Positions 37,238-45,331 of a DNA stretch of 64,000 nt are shown piece by piece. Position 1 is the stretch's first letter. Each line of letters opens with the position of its first letter. Source of the stretch: Candidatus Micrarchaeota archaeon (lineage in GTDB: Archaea > Micrarchaeota > Micrarchaeia > Anstonellales > Bilamarchaeaceae); contig JAHJCT010000030.1 in NCBI GenBank assembly GCA_018812715.1, positions 23,318 through 87,317 of the forward strand, written 5' to 3'. The translations under genes and the position numbers were made by a program. Under the pieces are notes generated by a model. That model was given only the letters and a program-made list of their open reading frames with translations, was not told the DNA's origin and did not search any database.

Positions 37238-40200
37238 ATGGCTAGAGGTAAACAGGTAGAAACACCCCTATCAAGAAACAAATTCGAAGCATTCCTCAGA
37301 GAGAACAAGCCGTTAGGATATCAAGAATATATAAAAGTAAAGAAAATTGCATTGGAGAACGGCGAAGATCCCATAAGAGAATTCCGAAAGGTCATAACCG
37401 AGACTGAAGGCCTTGGAAAAACAGTTGCCATGAATTTTTGGCTTATGGCAATAGGTAAAAGACTGGCCATACCTGAAAATGATGATGTTGTATTTCTTCG
37501 TGAGATACTGGCAAGTAATAAAATTGATCTTGATATGCTTATTGATCTTCTTGGAGGGGATCAGAGAAGAATTGCAGACGTTATATGTGCCCTGCATCTT
37601 GACAAGCTTGAAAACGCAGGGTATTCCTCAGTTTACATGATAGTAGACAAAATTATCAAAGGAAAAGCAGGAAGAAAAGGAACTCCTCCGCCCCCAGGAA
37701 AGACATTTTTTGATGATATTCCTGATGAATTGCTTGTAGGTAATATTGATGCGCTTGAGATACTGAAGGCCTATGGTATTGAGGAATACCAGAGGATGTA
37801 TCAAAATAATTATGAAGCAGCAGAACGACAACTTGAAGAAAAAATAAGAAACTGTAAAGAGCCAGGCAAAAAGATAATTCTTCAGAGTATTTATGATTAT
37901 TACAGTGAACTCAAAAAACTCAATATTCCAGGCATAGTTGATGAGACAATAGACAAAGAAACTGGTGGATTAGTTGGATTTCCGGCAGTCCATCAAAAGA
38001 TTGGGGCAAGATTTATTGCAGAAAAAAAACGGACCCTCATTGCTGATGAAATGGGGCTCGGTAAAACAGCACTGGCAGTTATTGCAAAAAATCTTATTGA
38101 AAGTGAAGAAGGAAGGAAAACAGCTGTTGCAGTTGTTCCTAATAATGTTCTTGCACAGTGGGAAGAACAAATTAATCTGTGGAATACGGAAAGAAGATCA
38201 GTAGTTGTAATAACAAGCAAGAACAAGACAGAAGCGTTAGAACAAATCGAGAGGGAGCGACCAGATTTTGTACTTGTTTCATATGATATGATTTTTAGAA
38301 AGCACAACGGAGGGACAGTGGCAAATAAATTAGAAACAATATGCGATTACCTCATCCTTGATGAAGTCCATAACACAAAAGAGGCAAAAAGTCTGAGAAG
38401 TAAAGGCGTTGTTGGACTTTCAAGAAGGGCCGAATATGTTACTTTGCTCAGTGGCACACCAGTACCAAATAGAGTAGAAGATCTAGGAGTCATTGCAAGT
38501 ATACTATGGAACCATGAATTTACTGCAAAAGATTTTAACAAAAAATTCAAACACAATCCAAGAGTAGTTAGGGAAAGAATACTTCCGAGAATGTTGAGAA
38601 GAAGGAAAAGAGATACTTTTGGGGAAGGGCAATGCACAAGACATGTCGTTGCTGTTCCAATGACGAAGCAACAAGAACAAGAACACAAAAGACTTGAATT
38701 GAACCCTGATGGAGTAGGATCTTTGGAACTCATAGCACAGCTTCGGAGATGTGCTCTTGATCCTCAATTAGTAGGAATTAGTGAAGAATCACCAAAATAT
38801 CAAAGACTTGTAGAAATGCTAGTAGACCATCATGATGATAGTCCTGCTGTTGTTTTCAGCAGTGAGCTTAAGGAAGGCGTTTTGGATAAACTTGTTGGAG
38901 AAATAGAAGGATATGGTCTTCGGGTTGCAAGAATTGATGGTGATCCAGAAAGAAGTGGAAAACACAGAGATAGAATTCTAACGGAATTTAATGAAGAAAA
39001 ATATGATGTTGTTGTAGCAACACTGGCAACCCTTGGGGAAGGAATAGACAAACTAACTGTTTCTCACCGGGGCTATTTCATAGATATTCCATTTACAGAA
39101 GCCAAACTTGCACAAGGAATAACAAGATTAGATAGAAAAGGGCAGAAGAATCCTGTTGATATCTACTTGATGGTATCGGAAAATAGTATTGACGAATTAC
39201 TATTAAGACTGATAGATCAAAAGAGAATATTGGGGGAATTTCTTATTGATGGAATGGAACTTACAGACTTTGAAAAAAGAATAATAGAAGAAGGGGAAAG
39301 GCTTGTTGAATGCGGAACAGATCCATTGAGAAAGCTTTACCGTTTCTTTGGTGCAACTTACAACAGAACTACAGAATCAGTAATAAGATTACTTGGGGAT
39401 CCGGTAATTGGAAGATTTGTTGCAGAAGAATACTGGAACAACTTTGAAGGATCATTCTATGGAAATATGAATAATCTTGTTGCCAGTGTAATCCGAGGAT
39501 TAGAGGGGGAGTTCGGTAAAATTCTAGATTTGGCATCCGGACCATGTTGTCTTGCCAGGGCTTTAGAACGACCAGTCGTATCATTAGATGCTAATGCAGT
39601 AGCGCTGGAAGTTGGAAAAAGGATGCTTGGTGAAAAAGCAGGGGAAACAGTTGTTGGAAGCTTTACAAAGTTGCCATTTAAGGAGGAAACATTTGATTGT
39701 ATAGCCTTTTCACTTGGTTTATTGCATTCTGCTGTGGATGAACGGGAAGGAATAATCAGGCAGATCAACAGGGCAATGAGAAAAGATGGGGTAGTTATAA
39801 TTACAATGCCAAGCGGGGAAGGGCGTTATGATAAATTAGCAAAAATCTTACCAATGCTTGGATTCAGGGTATTGCCAGATATGACAGGAACTGCTCAAGG
39901 AATTGACAGAACGGATTTTGAATGTACAATTATTTCTGCTGTAAAAGTAAGTGACCCTATTGTTGATAGCGTGCCGCTTGAACTTTTTGATTTCCAAAAA
40001 GATAAAATGGAAAGTGAGGACTGGGAGGCCAGTGTATCAAAAAAAGTGAAAAGAGAAGAATGTCATCAGTTTGAGATAGATGGCGTTTCAGTTGAAGATG
40101 CAAGGGTGACTATAACTCCTCCGAAAAATGAATCACAAACAGCAAGAAAAGAATTTCGTAAGCTTAAACCAAGTGAGCGTTTGGGCTTCCTTATTGATAG

Positions 40201-40399
40201 ATACAAATCGCTCACACATGTACCTCAAAAAGATTTGGATGAACTTGGAATAGAAGTTGTTAGTGTTGGAAGAGGGAATAGACAGTATTGGACTGTAGTA
40301 TTGAAAGAAGAAGCTGGAATGAACGCAGATCATAAGGCATTTGTAAATGGTAGGCCGTCTAGTGAGATAGAGAAAAGACAAAGGAGGGCGGTTAGATGA
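37238..40399 (+). CDS. SNF2-family helicase fused to a class-I SAM-dependent methyltransferase (1053 aa)
   Basis: Helicase motifs: I LIADEMGLGKT, II LILDEVHN, III LSGTPVPNRVEDL, VI QGITRLDRKGQ. Then MTase motif I ILDLASGPCCL, FDCIAFSLGLLH and MRKDGVVIITMP. N-terminal 250 aa and C-terminal 190 aa are unassigned. Confidence 0.85.
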   Translation: MARGKQVETPLSRNKFEAFLRENKPLGYQEYIKVKKIALENGEDPIREFRKVITETEGLGKTVAMNFWLMAIGKRLAIPENDDVVFLREILASNKIDLDMLIDLLGGDQRRIADVICALHLDKLENAGYSSVYMIVDKIIKGKAGRKGTPPPPGKTFFDDIPDELLVGNIDALEILKAYGIEEYQRMYQNNYEAAERQLEEKIRNCKEPGKKIILQSIYDYYSELKKLNIPGIVDETIDKETGGLVGFPAVHQKIGARFIAEKKRTLIADEMGLGKTALAVIAKNLIESEEGRKTAVAVVPNNVLAQWEEQINLWNTERRSVVVITSKNKTEALEQIERERPDFVLVSYDMIFRKHNGGTVANKLETICDYLILDEVHNTKEAKSLRSKGVVGLSRRAEYVTLLSGTPVPNRVEDLGVIASILWNHEFTAKDFNKKFKHNPRVVRERILPRMLRRRKRDTFGEGQCTRHVVAVPMTKQQEQEHKRLELNPDGVGSLELIAQLRRCALDPQLVGISEESPKYQRLVEMLVDHHDDSPAVVFSSELKEGVLDKLVGEIEGYGLRVARIDGDPERSGKHRDRILTEFNEEKYDVVVATLATLGEGIDKLTVSHRGYFIDIPFTEAKLAQGITRLDRKGQKNPVDIYLMVSENSIDELLLRLIDQKRILGEFLIDGMELTDFEKRIIEEGERLVECGTDPLRKLYRFFGATYNRTTESVIRLLGDPVIGRFVAEEYWNNFEGSFYGNMNNLVASVIRGLEGEFGKILDLASGPCCLARALERPVVSLDANAVALEVGKRMLGEKAGETVVGSFTKLPFKEETFDCIAFSLGLLHSAVDEREGIIRQINRAMRKDGVVIITMPSGEGRYDKLAKILPMLGFRVLPDMTGTAQGIDRTDFECTIISAVKVSDPIVDSVPLELFDFQKDKMESEDWEASVSKKVKREECHQFEIDGVSVEDARVTITPPKNESQTARKEFRKLKPSERLGFLIDRYKSLTHVPQKDLDELGIEVVSVGRGNRQYWTVVLKEEAGMNADHKAFVNGRPSSEIEKRQRRAVR

Positions 40400-41226
40400 G
40401 GCAGCTTCAGAAACAGAAAATTGGAAGAGATGTAAGAGCTGCAGCGAAAGGGCCATTAATTGAAGGGATAGTTCAGTTGGATAGTAGAGGAAGAAGAAAA
40501 TGGAGTCCAATGAGTGATGAAGAGATTGTTGAATATGCAAGGAAGTTTATGGAAGAGAAAGGAATAAGTGGAAGAACAGAATTGAGTATGGTTGATAGAG
40601 GATTGCATAATGTTTTGAAAAGAAGAGGATTGTTGGATGAAGTAGGATTTGAAGATAAAAGAAAAGATTGGAAAGTAATGAGTGATGAAGAGATTGTTAG
40701 ATATGCTAGAGAGTTTATGAGAGAGGAAAGGATAAGAAGGAAGGGAGAATTGTATGAAGTTGATCCTGGATTGTATTATGTTTTGAAGAAAAGAAGATTG
40801 TTGGATGAAGTGGGGTTTGAAGATAAATATCGTGATTGGAAAGAAGTAAGTGATGGTGGACTAGTTGAATATGCAAGGAAGTTTATGGAAGAGAAGGGGA
40901 TAAGTGGGAGGAAGGAATTGAAGAGAATAGATTCTGGATTGTATGAGATTTTAAGAACGAGAAAGTTATTGGATGCTATAGAATTTGAGGAGAGACAACG
41001 TGATTGGAGCTCAATGAGTGATGAAGAAATTGTTAGATATGCTAAGGAATTTGTGGAGGAGAAGGGAATAAGTAGGAGGAAGGAATTGGAGAAGGCTGAT
41101 GGAGGATTGTATGATGTTTTGAGGAGAAGGAGATTATTAGATCAAGCTTTTTCTTCTATAGATCAATCAAGAAGAAAAGAAGCAATCTTGCAGGTTGTTG
41201 AGGCAATGGAGGAATTTGCATGCTAG
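40396..41226 (+). CDS. 56-aa-repeat protein B1 (4 repeats)
   Basis: ATGA overlap with the SNF2 stop; AGGAGGG upstream. Leader MRQLQKQKIGRD...LDSRGRRKW; 4 repeats; EEFAC tail. Confidence 0.85.
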   Translation: MRQLQKQKIGRDVRAAAKGPLIEGIVQLDSRGRRKWSPMSDEEIVEYARKFMEEKGISGRTELSMVDRGLHNVLKRRGLLDEVGFEDKRKDWKVMSDEEIVRYAREFMREERIRRKGELYEVDPGLYYVLKKRRLLDEVGFEDKYRDWKEVSDGGLVEYARKFMEEKGISGRKELKRIDSGLYEILRTRKLLDAIEFEERQRDWSSMSDEEIVRYAKEFVEEKGISRRKELEKADGGLYDVLRRRRLLDQAFSSIDQSRRKEAILQVVEAMEEFAC

Positions 41227-42056
41227 CTTCTAGGCAGAGAATACTTTGGGAGATTCCTAGAAATCCAAAGTTCAGTTGGATTGTTCCCTTAACTTCTAGC
41301 AATAATAGAGCCTGGAGGGTGATGAGTGATGATGAGTTAGTGAAATATGCTAGAAAGTTTATAGAAGAAGAAGGGATAAGTGGGCTGTGGAAATTGAGTA
41401 AAGCTGATTCTGGATTATATTATGTTTTGTGGAAAAGAAAATTACTTGATAGGATAGGACTTGAAGATAAGAAACGTGATTGGAATTCAATGAATGATGA
41501 AGAACTTGTTGAGTATGCTAAGAGGTTTATGGAAGAAAATGAGATAAGTGAGAGAAGGGAATTGGAGAAGACTGACTCTGGGTTATATGGTGTTTTGAAG
41601 AGAAGAAGATTGCTGGATAGAGTAGGATTTGAAGATAAGATGCAGAAGAAACGTAATTGGAAATCAATGAGCGATGAAGAACTTGTTGAGTATGCTAAGA
41701 GGTTTATGGAAGAGAAGGAAATAAATGGGAGAAAGGACTTGTGGAAAGCTGATTCTGGATTGTATACTGTTTTGTGGAAAAGAAAATTGCTGGATAGAGT
41801 AGGATTTGAAGAAAAGAGACAGAGACAACGTGATTGGAATTCTATGAATGATGATGAGATTGTTGAGTATGCTAAGAAGTTTATAGAAGAGAATGGGATA
41901 AGTGAACGGGAGGAATTGAAGAAAGCTGATAGAGGGCTGCATCAAGTTTTGAAGATAAGAAAGCTCCTAGATACAGTTTTTGCTTCTATAGATCAGTCAA
42001 GAAGAAAAGAAGGAATCCTGCAGGTTGTTGAAGCAATGGAGGAATTTGCATGCTAG
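41220..42056 (+). CDS. 56-aa-repeat protein B2 (4 repeats)
   Basis: GCATGCTAG junction; leader MLASRQRILWEIPRNPKFSW; 4 repeats; EEFAC tail. Confidence 0.85.
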   Translation: MLASRQRILWEIPRNPKFSWIVPLTSSNNRAWRVMSDDELVKYARKFIEEEGISGLWKLSKADSGLYYVLWKRKLLDRIGLEDKKRDWNSMNDEELVEYAKRFMEENEISERRELEKTDSGLYGVLKRRRLLDRVGFEDKMQKKRNWKSMSDEELVEYAKRFMEEKEINGRKDLWKADSGLYTVLWKRKLLDRVGFEEKRQRQRDWNSMNDDEIVEYAKKFIEENGISEREELKKADRGLHQVLKIRKLLDTVFASIDQSRRKEGILQVVEAMEEFAC

Positions 42057-42877
42057 CTTCAAAGCAGAGAATACTTTGGACTATTCCTAAAGATCCAAAG
42101 TTCAGTTGGATTGTTCCTTTAGATAGTAGAAATAGAAGATCTTGGAGTGTAATGAGAGATCATGAGTTACTAAGATTTGCAAGAAAGTTTATGGAAGAAG
42201 AAGGAATACGTGGAAGGAAGGAATTGGAAAAGAGTGATAGTGTGTTGTATCAGACTTTGAAGAAAAGAAGATTGTTAGATGAGATAATATTTGAGAGAAA
42301 ACAAAGGAATTGGGAATCTATGAGTGATGAAGAATTGGTGAGATATGTTAGAAAGTTTATGGAAGAAGAAGGAATAACTGGAAAGGGAGAATTGAAGAAG
42401 GCCGATAATGGAGTGTATATAGTTTTGAGGAAAAGAGGATTGTTAGATAAATTATGGTTTGAAGAGAAACGCCGTGATTGGAATTTTGTGAGTGATGAAG
42501 AATTGGTGAGATATGCTAAGAAGTTTATGGAAGAGAGGGGGATAAGTGGAAGAAGTGAATTGAAGAAGACTGATTCTGGGTTGTATAATGTTTTGAGAAA
42601 AAGAAAATTGTCGGATGAAGTAGGATTTGAAGAAAAATGGCAGAAACGCCGTAATTGGAAATCTATAAGTGATAAGAGACTACTTAGATATACTAAGGAA
42701 TTTATAGAAGAGAGGGGGATAATCGGACGGACTGAATTGAAGAAGAGCGATGGAGGGTTGTATGAAGTTTTAAGAATAAGAAAATTATTAGATGCTGTTT
42801 TTGCTCCTATAGATCAATCAAGAAGAAAAGAAGCAATTTTGCAGGTTGTTGAGGCAATGGAGGAATTTGCATGCTAG
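42050..42877 (+). CDS. 56-aa-repeat protein B3 (4 repeats)
   Basis: GCATGCTAG junction; leader MLASKQRILWTIPKDPKFSW; 4 repeats; EEFAC tail. Confidence 0.85.
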   Translation: MLASKQRILWTIPKDPKFSWIVPLDSRNRRSWSVMRDHELLRFARKFMEEEGIRGRKELEKSDSVLYQTLKKRRLLDEIIFERKQRNWESMSDEELVRYVRKFMEEEGITGKGELKKADNGVYIVLRKRGLLDKLWFEEKRRDWNFVSDEELVRYAKKFMEERGISGRSELKKTDSGLYNVLRKRKLSDEVGFEEKWQKRRNWKSISDKRLLRYTKEFIEERGIIGRTELKKSDGGLYEVLRIRKLLDAVFAPIDQSRRKEAILQVVEAMEEFAC

Positions 42878-43530
42878 CTTCAAAGCAGAGAATACTTTGG
42901 ACTATTCCTAGAGATCCTAAGTTTAGTTGGATTGTTCCTTTAGATAGTAGAAACAGAAGATCTTGGGGTGTGATGAGAGATCATGAACTAGTTAGATTTG
43001 CAAGGAAGTTTTTGGAAGAGGAAGGGATAGGTAGTAGAGGAAAATTGGTGAAAGTGGATCCTAATTTGTATCAGGTTTTGAAGAAAAAGAAATTGTTAGA
43101 TAAAGTAGAATTTGAAGATAAGAAACGTGATTGGAAATCAATGAGTGATGAAGAGATTGTTGAGTATGTTAAGAGGTTTATGGAAGAGAAGGAAATAAAT
43201 GGGAGAAAGGACTTGTGGAAAGCTGATTCTGGATCGTATACTGTTTTGTGGAAAAGAAAATTATTGGATAGGATTGAATTTGAAAGAAAAAGAAGGAAAA
43301 CTCGGAATTGGAAGACAGTAAGTGATAATGAACTTGTTGAATATGTTAAGGAATTTATTGAAAAGGAGGGGATAAGTAAACGCGAAGAATTGAAGAAGCT
43401 TGATTATGGATTGTATAGTGCTTTGTGGAGAAGAAAATTGTTAGATCAAGCTTTTGCCCCTATAGAACAATCAGGAAGAAAAGAAGCCATTTTGCAGGTT
43501 GTTGAAGCAATGGAGGAATTTGCATGCTAG
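42871..43530 (+). CDS. 56-aa-repeat protein B4 (3 repeats)
   Basis: GCATGCTAG junction; same leader; 3 repeats; EEFAC tail. Confidence 0.85.
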   Translation: MLASKQRILWTIPRDPKFSWIVPLDSRNRRSWGVMRDHELVRFARKFLEEEGIGSRGKLVKVDPNLYQVLKKKKLLDKVEFEDKKRDWKSMSDEEIVEYVKRFMEEKEINGRKDLWKADSGSYTVLWKRKLLDRIEFERKRRKTRNWKTVSDNELVEYVKEFIEKEGISKREELKKLDYGLYSALWRRKLLDQAFAPIEQSGRKEAILQVVEAMEEFAC

Positions 43531-44516
43531 CTTCAAAGCAGAGAATACTTTGGACTATTCCTAAAGATCCAAAGTTCAGTTGGATTCTTCCTTTAGATAG
43601 TAGAAACAGAAGATCTTGGAGTGTGATGAGAGATCAGGAACTAGTTGAACTTGCAAGGAAATTCATGGAAGAAGAGAGGATATGTGGAAGGAAGCAACTG
43701 TCAAAGGCTGATATAGGATTGTACAGTATTTTGATCAGAAGAAAATTGTTGAATAAGGTTGAGTTTGAGGGAAAACAGAGAGATTGGAAAACAATGAGTG
43801 ATGCTGAACTGGTAGAATTTACAAGAAAATTTATGGAAGGAAGAAAGATATATGAGCGAAAAAAACTACAGAAACTTGATGGAGGATTGTATGAAGTTTT
43901 GAGAAAGAGAGGATTGTTGGATCAATTAGAATTTGAGGAGAAATACCGTGATTGGAAAGAAGTAAGTGATGATGGACTAGTTAAACATGCAAGGAAGTTT
44001 ATGGAAGAGAAGGGGATAAGTGAGAGAACTGAATTGAGAAAGGTAGATCTCGGATTGTACCAGGTTTTGAGAAAAAGAAAATTACTGGACAAAATAGGAT
44101 TTGAAGATAAAAGACAGAAACATCGCAATTGGAATTCAATGAGTGATGAAGAACTTGTTGCTTATGGTAAAGAGTTTATGAGGAAGAGAGGAATAACTGG
44201 ACGGCATGAATTAGAGAAGGCTGATTCTGGATTGTATCGCGTTTTGATGATTAGGGAAATTATGAATCAATTAGAATTTGAGGGGAAGCACCGTGATTGG
44301 GCTTCTATGAGTGATGAGGAGATTGTTGAGTATGCTAAGAAGTTTATGGAAGAAAGGGAGATAAGCAGAAGAGGAAAACTGCAGAAGGCTGATAGGGGGC
44401 TATATGAGATTTTGAGAAAGAAAAGATTGCTTGAAGATGTTTTTGTTGACCTGGACCAATCAAGAAGAAGAGAAGCAATCTTGCAGGTTGTTGAAGCGAT
44501 GGAGGAATTTGCATGA
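43524..44516 (+). CDS. 56-aa-repeat protein B5 (5 repeats)
   Basis: GCATGCTAG junction; same leader; 5 repeats; tail ...EEFA ending in an ATGA overlap with the next gene. Confidence 0.85.
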   Translation: MLASKQRILWTIPKDPKFSWILPLDSRNRRSWSVMRDQELVELARKFMEEERICGRKQLSKADIGLYSILIRRKLLNKVEFEGKQRDWKTMSDAELVEFTRKFMEGRKIYERKKLQKLDGGLYEVLRKRGLLDQLEFEEKYRDWKEVSDDGLVKHARKFMEEKGISERTELRKVDLGLYQVLRKRKLLDKIGFEDKRQKHRNWNSMSDEELVAYGKEFMRKRGITGRHELEKADSGLYRVLMIREIMNQLEFEGKHRDWASMSDEEIVEYAKKFMEEREISRRGKLQKADRGLYEILRKKRLLEDVFVDLDQSRRREAILQVVEAMEEFA

Positions 44517-45331
44517 GACAACTGCATGCTACTAAAATTGGAAATCCTAGAACTTCAAGAAAAGAACCTCTAGCTGAGAGAATACTTAAAAGAAGGAATT
44601 TTACTGATGAAGAAATAGGAACAATTATACAAAGAAGAACTGAACTTATTCAGCAAATGACAGACTGGAAAATAGCAACTATAATTGCACGGGAATTGAA
44701 TAGAAGCCCAAGATCAGTAGAAACTAAGATTAAAGAATTAATTAAAGACGGCACATTAGAGGAAAATCCAAACAAAAAGAAGAAACATCCTTTCAATGCT
44801 GAAGAAAATAGACAGATAGCTGAAGAACTTACAGCTTCTGGTTTATGTGATGGTGCAATAGCAAAAGTTATTGCAGAAAAAACAGGAAGAAGAGTAAGTT
44901 CTGTAAAAACAAGCATATGTGCAGACAGAAACAAAAAACGTCTTGGAAAAAATCCAAACAATCAAAGAACAATGAGATCAGAAGAAAGCAAGTGGATAAT
45001 GCGCAGAAGAAGAGAATTGATGGATCTAGGATTGAATGACACTTCAATATCAAGAGTGCTTGAATCAAAAACAAGAAATGCCAGTGCAATAAGAAGAACA
45101 ATCTGGGAGCTTAAAAAAGTAGGAATGATAATGGAAAATTATAACGATATGAAGGAAAGTAAAGAAATTGAAAGAATGATATTGAGAAGAGAAGAACTCA
45201 TGGCAGAAGGAAAAAATGATGATGAAATTGCAAAGCAAATAGCAGAGGAAATGAAAAGACAGATTAGAACTATATCATTTATGATCTGGAGAATAGTAAG
45301 AATTGGAAAATGCAGAATTAATAAAAATTAG
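44513..45331 (+). CDS. Protein with four tandem Myb/SANT-like (HTH) repeats
   Basis: 4 modules of about 60 aa, e.g. FTDEEIGTIIQRRTELIQQMTDWKIATIIARELNRSPRSVETKIKEL. Pattern [FW]-T-x-EE...W/I-x-x-IA..L.R....V resembles Myb/SANT. N-terminal PRTSRKEPLAERILKR is shared with A1. Confidence 0.6.
   Translation: MRQLHATKIGNPRTSRKEPLAERILKRRNFTDEEIGTIIQRRTELIQQMTDWKIATIIARELNRSPRSVETKIKELIKDGTLEENPNKKKKHPFNAEENRQIAEELTASGLCDGAIAKVIAEKTGRRVSSVKTSICADRNKKRLGKNPNNQRTMRSEESKWIMRRRRELMDLGLNDTSISRVLESKTRNASAIRRTIWELKKVGMIMENYNDMKESKEIERMILRREELMAEGKNDDEIAKQIAEEMKRQIRTISFMIWRIVRIGKCRINKN

Larger units (their letters stand above)
40501..44516 (+). repeat. Coding tandem repeat, about 168-nt period (20 units across B1-B5)
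   Basis: Same repeat unit as 34468-37192, punctuated every 0.66-1.0 kb by a conserved junction module of about 220 nt. Confidence 0.9.

Noticed and set aside
37238-40399. Assigning the SNF2-MTase to DISARM or BREX
   Set aside because: No PLD/DUF1998 partners (DISARM) and no PglZ/BrxC/BrxL-like genes are nearby. The MTase lacks a (D/N)PP(Y/F) motif. A defence role therefore remains only a possibility.
34363-45331. A CRISPR array or a diversity-generating retroelement as an explanation for the periodic conserved/variable pattern
   Set aside because: The conserved units are about 220 nt, spaced 0.66-1.0 kb apart, and lie entirely in coding sequence. There are no cas genes, no reverse transcriptase and no template/variable repeat pair with A-specific differences.
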